Shown: positions 28,551 to 39,503, numbered from the stretch's first letter. The stretch: 64,000 bases of DNA from a virus (IMGVR_UViG_3300038673_000510:52959-116958), one strand, 5' to 3'. The notes: a model not told the origin generated them from the letters alone. Program-made: numbers and translations.

Positions 28551-29749
28551 CTGTAATATATAATGAAGCAAATGTTCCGAAATTAAAATTAGGTAGTATT
28601 AAAAATATTGTTAATGCCGAAAATAAAAAATGGGGTAAAAAATCTGCAGCATATCAAGTTATAAAAGAATTTACTGATTTAAATATGAGTGATATAGCTA
28701 TTTATGCAGCAATTTATTTAAGTAGAATAAAACAAAAACCAATGTGGACATTAGATGATTTAGTTGACCAGCTTACGCGAAAAGATTTTGTAGATGAAAA
28801 TCTTGTGCACTTTTTAGAGAAGTCACCCAAGTTTGAAGGACTTGATGATAGCGAGAAAAAAGAAAAAGCACTTTTAATCGCACAAAGTATTGCTGATAGT
28901 GAAGCTGATATTATTAACATTGTTAATGAACACATCATGGCTTCATCAGCACAAACAAATAGAACATTAGCACATCAACTTACTCCTGGTCAATTAAAAC
29001 AAATGTTGACCGTTATTACAAAAATTATTTCTACATTGCAAAAGATGTATGGAGATGATAAAGAAATAACCAAATTAGTTGATTCAATTGTTTGGTATAC
29101 TGATTCTAAAAAAAGTACATCAGTTTGGTTTAATACATTTCTTAGAGATTTAGGTGCTCATCTTGGATTAGCACTTAGAGATATAAGAGACATGAAAAAA
29201 GAAAAAGGGACTTCTGAAAAAGAATTTGCTATTCTTAATTCACTTCAAAAACAATTCGAAGGCTATCAAGTAGATTTTAATGAATATGAAGCAATGAATA
29301 TTCTTTGGCCAGAAAGTGAAAATGACATCAAAGGTATCTCTGGACTTAAACAATATTTTGTTGAAATTGAAGCATATAGAACTAAAGCCAAAACAATTAT
29401 TACAAAATATATGAAAATGAAAGATAAACTTATGAAAGTCGAATCTGAAGATGAAGAAGATAATGTAGCCATTAAAGCTTCTGAATGGTCTGATATTCGC
29501 GTTAAGATGCTTGTTAAAAAAACAATTAAAGATAATTATAATGAATTATTAACAGCTGATCTTGAAGATAGATCTAATTTTGTTAACAAGAAAGCTGCCG
29601 AATTATTACAAACACGAAAAGGACTTGAAGCATTTATGTCACAAAATAATCATGATCCAGAAAGTGAACTTGCTGGATTGCTTGCTAAAGCAATTGTTAA
29701 TCCAAATACCAACAAAGGACGTCCAGCGGATGTTAAAGAGGAAATATAA
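28547..29749 (+). CDS. hypothetical (probable virion) protein
   Basis: 400-aa ORF with a GGAG RBS in the structural region. Confidence 0.65.
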   Translation: MTVIYNEANVPKLKLGSIKNIVNAENKKWGKKSAAYQVIKEFTDLNMSDIAIYAAIYLSRIKQKPMWTLDDLVDQLTRKDFVDENLVHFLEKSPKFEGLDDSEKKEKALLIAQSIADSEADIINIVNEHIMASSAQTNRTLAHQLTPGQLKQMLTVITKIISTLQKMYGDDKEITKLVDSIVWYTDSKKSTSVWFNTFLRDLGAHLGLALRDIRDMKKEKGTSEKEFAILNSLQKQFEGYQVDFNEYEAMNILWPESENDIKGISGLKQYFVEIEAYRTKAKTIITKYMKMKDKLMKVESEDEEDNVAIKASEWSDIRVKMLVKKTIKDNYNELLTADLEDRSNFVNKKAAELLQTRKGLEAFMSQNNHDPESELAGLLAKAIVNPNTNKGRPADVKEEI

Positions 29750-29818
29750 TTATGTTTGATTTGCCAATTTGTATATTAGAATTTGGCTTCAAAAAAAACA
29801 AATTATTAAGGATATAAT

Positions 29819-30583
29819 ATGAGTTACGTAGAACAGAGAGTAGATGGTCCATCATATACTGGAAAATTTCAACCAATAAAAGATTATATTCTATTTAGTC
29901 TTGGTTATCCATTGGTGCGAATAGAATTGGAAGATAGACATCTTACATTAGCGATAATTGATGCTATTACATTATGGTATAAGAAAGCTGGAACCATAGA
30001 ATATTCTTATAGAAAAGTTATTCCTAATGGAAACATAGTAACTATTCCGGCTGATATACGTCCAGTAACTATTAAGGATGTTTTATTTCAACCTACGCTT
30101 GTTGATAGTTTTAATAGAGGACTTATAATGTCTGGTGACGAAGATGTATTAGGTAAATATGTTTTTCCTCAACAATCATTTAATAATCTTCTTGATAACT
30201 TTGATATGGTTGGATATTTTATGTTTACACAGCGACTTGAAGATTTTAAAAAGATTGTTGGAATTGATAGATTCTGGGATATAATGAATGGACAGATTAT
30301 ACTTTATCCAGCTGAAGCTTCTTTTAGCGAAGTGGCAATTGTATATCGCGCTCTCCCAGAAGAAATAGAAATTAACTCAGAACAGTGGATAAAAGAATAT
30401 GCACTTGCCAAAGCAAAACACATGCTTGCTACTGTTCGTGGTAAAATGACCGGATTTCAAGCTGCTGGTGGTAATTTAGCTGGTGATGCAGACACATTAA
30501 GATCTGAAGCAAAAGAAGAAATGCAAAATCTTCGTCAGGAACTTGATGGACTTCAGCGTCCTTTAGCGATATTCCAATGTTAA
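29819..30583 (+). CDS. gp13: Neck protein / head-tail adaptor
   Basis: IKDYILFSLGYPLVRIEL...WIKEYALAKAK...LRSEAKEEM..L..EL. Confidence 0.88.
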   Translation: MSYVEQRVDGPSYTGKFQPIKDYILFSLGYPLVRIELEDRHLTLAIIDAITLWYKKAGTIEYSYRKVIPNGNIVTIPADIRPVTIKDVLFQPTLVDSFNRGLIMSGDEDVLGKYVFPQQSFNNLLDNFDMVGYFMFTQRLEDFKKIVGIDRFWDIMNGQIILYPAEASFSEVAIVYRALPEEIEINSEQWIKEYALAKAKHMLATVRGKMTGFQAAGGNLAGDADTLRSEAKEEMQNLRQELDGLQRPLAIFQC

Positions 30584-30597
30584 AGAGGATTAATATT

Positions 30598-32097
30598 ATG
30601 GATATATTTGAAGCACCACGTGTACGACAAACAGATACTGGCGCTGGAGTGAAAACTACTGCCAAACAGTTACGGCCTAATAATGCACCAGATACAACAG
30701 CGACAGATAATACAGCTAAACCAAAACAAGAAAAAACCAAGGTTGATTTATTATGGGGAGCTGAATTAAAAGCCATATTAAGTACACAAACTAACGACAA
30801 CTATAATAATTATTTAAAAAGTATAGTTAATAATTTGGGAAGCCAAAAAGATCAATTAGTTGAACATATGGTTGATGCATATATTCGTGAAGCTTCCCGT
30901 GGAAATATTCCATATAAATATATAAACAATGGTGAACTTATATCAAAAAAAGCAAAAGAGATAAGTCCACGTAATGAAGAAAATACTATAAAAAAATCAA
31001 AAGAATATGCGTCACAAAAATTACACGAGCAATTTGATAATATTTTAAAAATGACACCAGAAGATTTTTTAAAAAGTTTTCTTGATAAATCTAAAGGTTA
31101 TGATGTTAATCATATTGAAACAGCATGTCAGCATTGGGATATTAATTTTTCTGATAAAATAACACGCGAAAGAGCAACATTTTTTCTTACTGCAGTTAAT
31201 GATAATACTAATGGAAAGTATTTAAATGATTTACAAGCTTTACATAAAGTTTTTGGTGAAGCTATAGAAAAAGAAGAAAACGGCGGAAGTTCAGGAGATT
31301 TTGTCTCTATTATACAAAATCTTGAATCCAAGTCTAAAGCCAATTATGATGCGGTTGTAACCAGTACAAAAAATATTTTAACAACTGCACAGCCTAAGAT
31401 TGATGAACAGATTAAGAATATTCAAGCTCAATTAGGTGCACAAGCTAACAATAAAATAAAAAATAGTCCAGATCAAAAAAAGAATAATCAAGCGGTTCAA
31501 AATGTTATTGGTGTGTTTGCTATGTATACTTTTTTAGCTATTATTTCATCTGTATCAATGTATGAAACTCAGGCGCATACTGAAAGTTGGACCCGGCTTA
31601 ATAGCGAAATGATAAAACTTTATAATGAGGGATTATCAGATGCTGCTAATGCTATTAAGAAAATTAAATATACTCAATTTCAACTTGGCAAACCTTATTT
31701 AACAATGGCAGATGCACTAAAAGATTTTGATAATATTATTAGAACTATTCTGACAAAACCAGAATTACTTAATAGTACATTAGAAACACTTAAGTCTCAA
31801 GGATTAGTGAATGATGCTGCAATACAAAAAGTAATTAATGATAAGGGATTGCCTAAAAAGATTATGCCAAATAGTTTACAAAAAGCAATTGCTGATCTTA
31901 ATAGAAACTTTACAAACGATAAAGTTATTAATGCGATAGTTCAAGATATATACAATAAAGCTGGAATTAAGCAAACTAAAGCAGCAAAGCTTGGCGAAAA
32001 ATTAGGTAATGCCGCAAAAAATGTTGTTAATGTTCTTGCGGCTGCGGCGCCAAAACATAAAGCAGGAGGAAATACTGATGCCGTTCAGACCAACTAA
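30598..32097 (+). CDS. hypothetical (probable virion) protein
   Basis: About 500-aa ORF between gp13 and gp14; GAGGA RBS before ATG 30598. Confidence 0.65.
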   Translation: MDIFEAPRVRQTDTGAGVKTTAKQLRPNNAPDTTATDNTAKPKQEKTKVDLLWGAELKAILSTQTNDNYNNYLKSIVNNLGSQKDQLVEHMVDAYIREASRGNIPYKYINNGELISKKAKEISPRNEENTIKKSKEYASQKLHEQFDNILKMTPEDFLKSFLDKSKGYDVNHIETACQHWDINFSDKITRERATFFLTAVNDNTNGKYLNDLQALHKVFGEAIEKEENGGSSGDFVSIIQNLESKSKANYDAVVTSTKNILTTAQPKIDEQIKNIQAQLGAQANNKIKNSPDQKKNNQAVQNVIGVFAMYTFLAIISSVSMYETQAHTESWTRLNSEMIKLYNEGLSDAANAIKKIKYTQFQLGKPYLTMADALKDFDNIIRTILTKPELLNSTLETLKSQGLVNDAAIQKVINDKGLPKKIMPNSLQKAIADLNRNFTNDKVINAIVQDIYNKAGIKQTKAAKLGEKLGNAAKNVVNVLAAAAPKHKAGGNTDAVQTN

Positions 32098-32626
32098 AAT
32101 AACAATGTTTGAACCTTCCAATCCGGAATATTCTCTTGTTGATACTATGATGGCTGAAAAAATTACAGCTTATTCACCTGAAGTATATTGGTGGTCTCAA
32201 ATAAGAGATGACGAAACTGGTGCGGCAACAAGAGATGAATTGGATAAGGTTTATGGAGAAAAGAGTTCTGGAGATGGTTATATAAATTATATAGGCCCAA
32301 AAGAAGTAAAATCAATTTTAGAACTTAATCCAATTGTGGCCGAATTTACAAGACTTGGACTTCAGCAAATAGAAGAAGTTGAAATTTATGTAAATATTGC
32401 GGCTATGGATTATTATCTTGATGGACGTTCGCCGAAGTCTGGTGATATATTAAGAGTATCATGGATTGTTACGGAAACACAAAGACGCTTTGTATTTTAT
32501 AAAGTATCTAATGTAACTCCAGTTGATCCATATAATTTCAGATATATAAATTGGCACATACATGCTGAGCAAGAAATGCTTCATGATGCGCCAGATAGCA
32601 TTAAACAATTTGCACAAAGCATGTAA
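32078..32626 (+). CDS. gp14: Neck protein / head closure
   Basis: AGGAGG RBS and ATG 32078; EVYWW..DKVYGE...FTRLGL...PKSGDIL. Confidence 0.7.
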   Translation: MPFRPTKITMFEPSNPEYSLVDTMMAEKITAYSPEVYWWSQIRDDETGAATRDELDKVYGEKSSGDGYINYIGPKEVKSILELNPIVAEFTRLGLQQIEEVEIYVNIAAMDYYLDGRSPKSGDILRVSWIVTETQRRFVFYKVSNVTPVDPYNFRYINWHIHAEQEMLHDAPDSIKQFAQSM

Positions 32627-32654
32627 AAATTTATAAAACTTATTATTGAGTTTT

Positions 32655-32662
32655 GTAATATA
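32655..32662 (+). promoter_or_regulatory. putative late promoter GTAATATA
   Basis: Intergenic, upstream of 32693. Confidence 0.55.
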
Positions 32663-32692
32663 CTATATAGCAATTAAACATGGAGAATAATA

Positions 32693-33580
32693 ATGAAACA
32701 ATCCGAATTAAAACAAACAGTAGATCAGATGTATCTTGAAGGACTTAGCAAGTCTATTAAAAGAAGTGGTATTAAAACATCTGCTCAACAACGCTATGAA
32801 GAAGCCAATGGAGAAAAACTTATAAGTAGTGCTGTATCTAAAATAAAACAAACTAAACAAGTTCAAAGTTTTATTGAAGAACTTCAAAATGGTGGAGAAA
32901 CTGTTATCAATAATTATAAAGCTGCTTTTGAGAGCGTTAAACCCGCAAGAGGATCAATAGAAGAAATTGTTGGTAAAGTTATTAAGTCTGTTGGGAAACT
33001 TAATGATAGCATGATTGCTACATTAAACAAGCAACTTGATGTTATGTTTAAGCCATCTTTTCAATCTGTTGCTACATTTGAAAGTATGAACAAAGATAAA
33101 TTTAAAAAACTTTGGGCAGAGGATGATAATGTAGATATGAACACTGGTGACACTTCTATGACTCAAGATGGCGATGGCGGCGCAGACGATCAAAAAGATT
33201 TTGATGATGAATCAGGCGAAGGAGATATTGATCCTGAGAATAAAGACGCTATGGATGAAGCCGATGAAATCCTTGGACAAATTGATCTTGTTTCTCTTTC
33301 TAATGGCGTTCGTCTTGAACTTATTGAAGCTATAATTGATAGCGCGCAGAACGCTCCAGACGATGCTATGGACAATGAAGCAAATGATGATGATTTCTCA
33401 AATTTTATGCAGTCAATTGCTGATCTTGTTGATAGTTTCCGCTATGAAGGAGAGGAAGAAGGAGAAGAAGGTTTTGATGACTTAGACGGAGATACTGGCG
33501 AAGGTTCTACCGACGATTTAGGTACTGACGATTTAGGTGCTGGAGATGAAGCAACTGGTACTGAAGAACCTCAGGTTTAA
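32693..33580 (+). CDS. Highly acidic probable head/core protein
   Basis: D/E-rich C-terminal half; YLE at residue 14. Confidence 0.65.
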   Translation: MKQSELKQTVDQMYLEGLSKSIKRSGIKTSAQQRYEEANGEKLISSAVSKIKQTKQVQSFIEELQNGGETVINNYKAAFESVKPARGSIEEIVGKVIKSVGKLNDSMIATLNKQLDVMFKPSFQSVATFESMNKDKFKKLWAEDDNVDMNTGDTSMTQDGDGGADDQKDFDDESGEGDIDPENKDAMDEADEILGQIDLVSLSNGVRLELIEAIIDSAQNAPDDAMDNEANDDDFSNFMQSIADLVDSFRYEGEEEGEEGFDDLDGDTGEGSTDDLGTDDLGAGDEATGTEEPQV

Positions 33581-33582
33581 TT

Positions 33583-33807
33583 ATGTTAAAATTTGCAACT
33601 AAAGAAATACAAAGAGAGTTTGCTCCTTATGTTGAAGAAGTATCAAGGGAGCAAATTCTTAATCAATTAGATGATATATCTAATTTTATGGCATTTGCCG
33701 CTGACTTCATAAAAAATAATGATATGGCGTCAGCGGAACGTGCATCTATGCAGGCAATTATGAAGATGCAAAGTTTAATGACTTCTCTGCGTGGTGGACA
33801 ACAATAA
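33583..33807 (+). CDS. hypothetical protein
   Basis: Tightly packed operon ORF. Confidence 0.6.
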   Translation: MLKFATKEIQREFAPYVEEVSREQILNQLDDISNFMAFAADFIKNNDMASAERASMQAIMKMQSLMTSLRGGQQ

Positions 33808-34256
33808 TGGAAATAAAAGATGGACCTGCTGGCGAAAAACAAATAAATATTGCTATCGCCAATTTATTAGATAAAATTGCCAGTCAAAGTGTAAAAGAAA
33901 AAGTTGAACATATAGAAAAAGTTTATAATGAACAATATAAAAAAGATTTTGAAACTGCTACACTTATAAATGATGCTCCAAAGTCTGGGGAACTTTCTTA
34001 TATTAAAACAAAAGTTAACGTAGAAATGAAAACTCAAGTGTATAATAAAGAAGGACACATAGAGATTAAGGCAAAAACTCACGCAGATTTATTAACATTA
34101 AAATCTCAAGATATTGGAACTGGTGATATTGCTAACGAAGAAGTTCTTGACAAATTTGGTATTGAAACTAAAAAAGCCAAAAAGAATGAGTTATCAAAAT
34201 GGTATATGAATCCACGATATCATTTAACTAATTTTAAAAGATTTTTAAGGGGATAA
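33807..34256 (+). CDS. hypothetical protein
   Basis: TAATG overlap with the upstream gene. Confidence 0.65.
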   Translation: MEIKDGPAGEKQINIAIANLLDKIASQSVKEKVEHIEKVYNEQYKKDFETATLINDAPKSGELSYIKTKVNVEMKTQVYNKEGHIEIKAKTHADLLTLKSQDIGTGDIANEEVLDKFGIETKKAKKNELSKWYMNPRYHLTNFKRFLRG

Positions 34257-34257
34257 T

Positions 34258-34542
34258 ATGACGGTGAAGTTTAATAATACAAAATCATTAAAACGAATTA
34301 ATGAAGATAAAATTGGTGGTATAAAAAGTGGTGTAACAGAAATTTTCAAATATGTTAATAAACTTACACATTTAAATCATCAAGAAATTATCACAGCCGC
34401 AAATAGACTAAGAGCTATCGTTAGTGAAACGAATGATGAACTTGAAATTAAAAAAGCAATAGAAAACTTTCAACGACAAATAGAGATTTCTTTAGATAAC
34501 ATAACCAACACAATAATTGCATTAAAGAAAGTTAGGGATTAA
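34258..34542 (+). CDS. hypothetical protein
   Basis: Operon ORF. Confidence 0.6.
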   Translation: MTVKFNNTKSLKRINEDKIGGIKSGVTEIFKYVNKLTHLNHQEIITAANRLRAIVSETNDELEIKKAIENFQRQIEISLDNITNTIIALKKVRD

Positions 34543-34548
34543 AATTAT

Positions 34549-35340
34549 ATGGCAGAAACTCAAACAACTTTTGGAGCTAAACAAGAACCATTATTTGAAT
34601 ATTTTTTGTTCGGCATATATATCATAGAATTAGGACGTTTTTTTAAAGGTATATTTAATAATTTTCAATTAACTCCGGATCATGATCCTCAAAGTGCACA
34701 AGTATATTTTGGAGCACCACGTGCTGCATTTAGATATTATATGGAAGCATTTAATGGAATGATAAAACTTCCAATGATAAACTATAATATATCTAATGCT
34801 GAACGTAAACCGGATCAAGAAAAAATTGTTTATCTTTCTGCTCGTAGTAATGATTTAAGTAATCCATCATCTATGGGTTCTATCATGCGTTTTCCTTCCA
34901 TTTACGAAATAACATATCAAGTAGATATATGGACCAACAATCTTCGCGAAAGAGATTTTATGATGCATAAACTAATCAATAAAATGCCGATGGGTGGAAA
35001 CGCATGGTTAACATATTATCCCGATAAAATCAATTATCCTGATGTATATTTACCTATGTCACATAGACTTGATTTAACTTTCAAAGATGAAACCGAATTG
35101 GATAATCTTGATATAAAAGAAAGTAGAGATAGAATCAGAACATCATGTTCTATTGTATGTACAAGAGCTTTTGTTCCTTACGATGTATATAGTGTTCCAA
35201 TGGTTGCTTGGGTTGGGTTTGAAAGTTATATCAATACTGTGAATGGCAATCAGATGCCAGATTATGATGTTAAAGCTCAGGGCATGGCAGTTGAAACTGC
35301 TCTTATAGATATAGGATTAAGTGCAATAAATAACACTTAA
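34549..35340 (+). CDS. gp15: Tail terminator / sheath stabilizer
   Basis: ELGRFFKGIFNN, VYFGAP, IKLPMINY, PSIYEITYQVDIWT; located before the sheath gene. Confidence 0.7.
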   Translation: MAETQTTFGAKQEPLFEYFLFGIYIIELGRFFKGIFNNFQLTPDHDPQSAQVYFGAPRAAFRYYMEAFNGMIKLPMINYNISNAERKPDQEKIVYLSARSNDLSNPSSMGSIMRFPSIYEITYQVDIWTNNLRERDFMMHKLINKMPMGGNAWLTYYPDKINYPDVYLPMSHRLDLTFKDETELDNLDIKESRDRIRTSCSIVCTRAFVPYDVYSVPMVAWVGFESYINTVNGNQMPDYDVKAQGMAVETALIDIGLSAINNT

Positions 35341-35373
35341 ATAAAAAATTTTTATATTTTTTCAAGTCATTTT

Positions 35374-35381
35374 GTAATATA
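35374..35381 (+). promoter_or_regulatory. putative late promoter GTAATATA
   Basis: Upstream of the sheath operon. Confidence 0.6.
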
Positions 35382-35410
35382 AATAATGATAATAATTCGG
35401 AGGAACGAAC

Positions 35411-35587
35411 GTGGCTAAATACAATATCATCGGAAACAGCTATCAATCAATAAGTACAGTTGTAAATGAAAAGATGTTTTATACTCCTAAAAAAGGACAG
35501 AATAAAACTATCGAAGTTGATAGTCTGCCAAAGACACTAATCGATTTGAGAGACAAAAATCTCATTATCATTAAAGAAATAAAGTAA
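35411..35587 (+). CDS. 58-aa protein preceding the tail sheath gene (not in the ORF track)
   Basis: GGAGG RBS and GTG; MAKYNIIGNSYQSISTVVNEKMFYTPKKGQNKTIEVDSLPKTLIDLRDKNLIIIKEIK. Confidence 0.7.
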   Translation: MAKYNIIGNSYQSISTVVNEKMFYTPKKGQNKTIEVDSLPKTLIDLRDKNLIIIKEIK

Positions 35588-35600
35588 AAGGAGATAAATC

Positions 35601-38546
35601 ATGGCTGAATCCTTAACAGGAATGATAGGTAAATCATTTGAATATGAAGAAAGAGCCAAAGTAAAAACTGTTCAAGATACTATTACTGGAACAATTGGTG
35701 CTTTTATTGGATGCGCAACTTGGGGTCCAATAAATGTTCCCACTCAAGTAACAGATTTTGAAAGCACATTTGGTACACCTCTTGTAAAGGCCGACGGAGT
35801 AGATTATTCTGGACAAGCAGCAGTACACACTCTTAGATATACACCGTTTTGTTGGTTCACTCGTGTGACTAACGGTCTTGAAAACAAAGCGCAATACAAT
35901 ATTATAAAAGCTGCAGTGCCAGCACAAATTGAAGGAACTAAAGATCTTCAAGACGTAAGTTATGTAGTATATGAAGCTGATACTAAAATATATGCAACTG
36001 ATTATAATAAAAATAATTCGCTAAAATTTAACGTAATTACTCCAGCGGGAAGTTCACCTAAGGATGTTGTTCTGGATGGTACTGCTGGTTGTACATCAAT
36101 TGTAAGTGAAGTAACACTTCCAACAGATCAAGATTATGTTAGTGGAAAATGTGGTAGTTCTACTGTTCGTGGAACATGGAATTATGCAATAGGTGATTCA
36201 CTTACTTTTGTAATTGATGGTATCACTTATAAATATGTAGTAAAACAGGAACTCGCAGATGGTTCTATGGACCCAGATAAACCTGATTTTACAAATCTTT
36301 TAGTACCTGCTACTGGAGATTATGGATCAAAATATATTGGTTCTGTAGCTATAGCAGCTTCTTTCAATGGAACATTTTCTCTTCCTGATACGCCTGCAAT
36401 TCCTGCTGCGTTTTCTGGAACGTTCCTTGTAGGTGGAGTTGCTGGTACATCTGTTGAAATTGAAGCTGATGTTGCTGGTGTTGCTGGAAATAAAACAGTA
36501 ACCGGTAACGGCACTGACACTCTTACTGTTCTTGTTGGAGCTGGTTATACTATAGTTGGTGATGGTACTCAAATACCAGATAATGGAGTTCAAATCGCAA
36601 TTGTTGGTGGTGCCGATATAGTTACAAATACATCAACATCTGTTTCGATTCTTGCTAACACAGCTGGTCTTGCTGGAAATAAAGTTGTAACAGGTAATGG
36701 TACCGATACTCTTGCTACTCTTGTTGGAGCTGGTTATACAATTACTGGTGATGGCACTCAGATTGTAAAAAGTGGTTCTACGGTAAATATTGCTGGTGGA
36801 GCAGACGCTGCTTCTTTAACTTGGGATGCTTATGTAGCTGCAACTGCAGTAAACACTTATAAGAAAAGATTTATATATGCAGTAAAAAATCATATTATAA
36901 TTCCTAAACTTGTTTCTTATTTTGGAAGCAATTTAACAACTCAAGAAAGATCCGATATTGCAGATGATCTTATTACGATTGTTGGAAATAATATTTCTTT
37001 AAATAGTATCAAAAAAGGACTTAATTCTGAAATTAAAATTTTCAGTATTCCTAAAATATATACAGCTACAAGTTCTAATCCATTAACAAGTATTGGTGCT
37101 AATACAGAATTTGCTGCTATTCAGACAGCTATTAATACTTATCTTGGTGCCGATGCTTCTGTTTCACTTGATGAAAGCACATACTTCTTTAATTTCTTAA
37201 GCGCTAAAGCTGGTGATACTTATGGAATTGAAATTGTGGAATCAGATGATGGTGTTGATAGTCTTTATGCATCACTTGGAATTAGTGCTTCTGGTATAGT
37301 ATATGGAACTGATGCTGTTGCCGACGCAGGAACATTTATTGCAAAATATACTGGTTCAGAGGGTAACACAATTACGCTTACAAAAACAAAAGAAAGCGAT
37401 GGATATTCACTCGCAATTTATTTCCAAGGATATTTAGTATCTTCTTTTTATAACTATAGTTATAATGTTGCTGATGCAAATTTCTTAGGCAAACTGATTG
37501 CTTCTGATAGTTCTGCAAGTAAAGTAATTTCTCTTGAAGTTCCTGCTGGCGTTACAAGTATTCCTTCTCTTGCTTATGGAAGTTTTGTTCTTGGTGGCGG
37601 TACCGATGGTATTTCTCCAATGCCAGGTGAAACAAAATACAATGGCGCAATTGAAGAATATAAAAACGTTGACCTTTATGTAATAGATATGATTGTTGTT
37701 AGTGGACATACTTCTCAGTCTGTTCAATCTAAATTACAAGAAATATGTGAATATAGAAAAGACTGTTTTACTGTTGTTGATGCGCCTGAGACTGTTGGTG
37801 GTCCTCAGAGCGTTGGTGGTAGTGTTGCAGCAATGATTCAGTGGCATAATGGAACTGGTGGTTATGGAAGAACAAAAGCTCTTGATAGTAAATTTGTTTC
37901 TACATACTTCCCATGGATTTCAATTCCTGATGGAACTACTGATGCGGATAGTACATGGTATGCACCTTCTGTTCGTGTTGTTGGAACAATTGCAGCTTGT
38001 GATAAATCAAAAGGACATAGATTTGCAGCTCCAGCTGGAAACGTAAATGCTCCTATTTCTTCTATCAATCATCTTGCACATTATTTAAGAGAAGATGATA
38101 AAAAAAGATTATATGCAGATGAGCTTGACAATAATATAAATCCACTTGTTTATACTACGACTCGCGGATTCTTTATTGATGGTCAGAAAAACTGTTTAAA
38201 AGGTGGAGGAGCATCAAGTCGTCTTAATGTTCTTAGAACAAGCCTTTATATTAAGAAAAGAATTTATGAACTTACTCCTAACTTCTTCTGGAAACCTTTA
38301 ACAAAAGGAACTATGGATGATTTAGCGTTTGTACTTAGAACAATAGGAACTTACCTATCTTCTAATGAAGTTCAAGCTATTAAACCTGACTTTACAGTTA
38401 CTGTTGACCAATCAGTAAATACAGATACTACTGAAGCTCAAAGAGGTCTTATTGGAGTTTTTGAATGGACACCAGTAAGAAGCATTGAAAAGATTAAGGT
38501 TATCTCAATCATCAATGACCTTAAAGTTACAGTAACATACGCTTAA
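35601..38546 (+). CDS. gp18: Tail sheath protein with large inserted domains
   Basis: GAFIGCATWGPINVP, AKYTGSEGNTI, RKDCFTVVDAP, YFPWI, APS, NINPL, SRLNVLR. Confidence 0.95.
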   Translation: MAESLTGMIGKSFEYEERAKVKTVQDTITGTIGAFIGCATWGPINVPTQVTDFESTFGTPLVKADGVDYSGQAAVHTLRYTPFCWFTRVTNGLENKAQYNIIKAAVPAQIEGTKDLQDVSYVVYEADTKIYATDYNKNNSLKFNVITPAGSSPKDVVLDGTAGCTSIVSEVTLPTDQDYVSGKCGSSTVRGTWNYAIGDSLTFVIDGITYKYVVKQELADGSMDPDKPDFTNLLVPATGDYGSKYIGSVAIAASFNGTFSLPDTPAIPAAFSGTFLVGGVAGTSVEIEADVAGVAGNKTVTGNGTDTLTVLVGAGYTIVGDGTQIPDNGVQIAIVGGADIVTNTSTSVSILANTAGLAGNKVVTGNGTDTLATLVGAGYTITGDGTQIVKSGSTVNIAGGADAASLTWDAYVAATAVNTYKKRFIYAVKNHIIIPKLVSYFGSNLTTQERSDIADDLITIVGNNISLNSIKKGLNSEIKIFSIPKIYTATSSNPLTSIGANTEFAAIQTAINTYLGADASVSLDESTYFFNFLSAKAGDTYGIEIVESDDGVDSLYASLGISASGIVYGTDAVADAGTFIAKYTGSEGNTITLTKTKESDGYSLAIYFQGYLVSSFYNYSYNVADANFLGKLIASDSSASKVISLEVPAGVTSIPSLAYGSFVLGGGTDGISPMPGETKYNGAIEEYKNVDLYVIDMIVVSGHTSQSVQSKLQEICEYRKDCFTVVDAPETVGGPQSVGGSVAAMIQWHNGTGGYGRTKALDSKFVSTYFPWISIPDGTTDADSTWYAPSVRVVGTIAACDKSKGHRFAAPAGNVNAPISSINHLAHYLREDDKKRLYADELDNNINPLVYTTTRGFFIDGQKNCLKGGGASSRLNVLRTSLYIKKRIYELTPNFFWKPLTKGTMDDLAFVLRTIGTYLSSNEVQAIKPDFTVTVDQSVNTDTTEAQRGLIGVFEWTPVRSIEKIKVISIINDLKVTVTYA
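36355..36806 (+). repeat. Internal duplicated domain in the sheath gene
   Basis: About 57-aa repeat offset by 189 bp (TSV.I.A..AG.AGNK.VTGNGTDTL..LVGAGYTI.GDGTQI...GGAD), preceded by twin AASFNGTF/PAAFSGTF strands. Confidence 0.85.
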
Positions 38547-38568
38547 TAAGGAAATAGGAGATATATAA

Positions 38569-39321
38569 ATGAATATTTTTCAAATAAGAAATATTAGAAA
38601 TAAACAAACTCTTAACAAAAACAGATTCACCTTAAAAATCGATGGTATCAATGATTTGGTGACTGCTGCTAAGAATAGTAAACTGCCATGGATCCGTCAT
38701 AGATACCTGGCAGTACGTCAAGCTCTTGGTGATGATATTGGGCAGTCTCTTGAATTATCACTTAAGAAAGTTAGTTTGCCTTCTGTTAAAATTGAAACAG
38801 CTGATATTGGTCGTTTCAATGATAGCATCAAAGCTCTTACTAAATTCGGGGCCATGGACGAAATGAGCGTTTCATTCTATGACTATGTTGATGGTAGTGC
38901 TTCAGCTATTATGCAATTATGGCATGCGTTCGTAGGTGATAAAAGAACTGGTGCAATTGGATTCAAACAAGACTTCGTAAAGAATGCTCACTTCTATGTA
39001 TATGGTCCTGATGCTCCTGGTTATGAAGTTGTTACTTCTGGCGCAGATGAAAATGAAGGTACAGTTCTTGAAGTTCCCTGGTTACAGAAATATGAAATTT
39101 GGAATCTATTTCCTAATAGCATAAGTCTTGGAGAACACTCAGATGACGCTGGTCCTCGTGAAATAGAATGTACTTTTATTCTTGATAACATCTTCCCAGT
39201 TGGTATTAGAGGTTATGGCGCTAATAATACTTATTCAGCGATTCCTGCAACAGCAGATACATCACTTTATAAGCCTGGTGCCGATGAAGTTAAGTCGCCA
39301 ACAATCGACGATCTTAAGTAA
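38569..39321 (+). CDS. gp19: Tail tube protein
   Basis: NRFTLKI, VSLPSV, SVSFYDYV, W, NLFPNSI; follows the sheath gene. Confidence 0.85.
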   Translation: MNIFQIRNIRNKQTLNKNRFTLKIDGINDLVTAAKNSKLPWIRHRYLAVRQALGDDIGQSLELSLKKVSLPSVKIETADIGRFNDSIKALTKFGAMDEMSVSFYDYVDGSASAIMQLWHAFVGDKRTGAIGFKQDFVKNAHFYVYGPDAPGYEVVTSGADENEGTVLEVPWLQKYEIWNLFPNSISLGEHSDDAGPREIECTFILDNIFPVGIRGYGANNTYSAIPATADTSLYKPGADEVKSPTIDDLK

Positions 39322-39330
39322 TATGAAAAT

Positions 39331-39360
39331 AAAAAAAGGGGACCATTGGTCCCCTTTTTT
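39331..39360. terminator. Bidirectional Rho-independent terminator
   Basis: AAAAAAAGGGGACCA-T-TGGTCCCCTTTTTT between convergent operons. Confidence 0.9.
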
Positions 39361-39503
39361 ATTGTGTTTTAGTTGAATCTATTTTTATTTGGCAACTGCA
39401 TCCTATAGGTTGTGTGTTTGCTGAACTATGAAACATAGTTATAAGGAACAAAAATATAATCATTGCAAGTGCAAGATTTTCTACTGTTAAAAATTTTTTT
39501 ATT

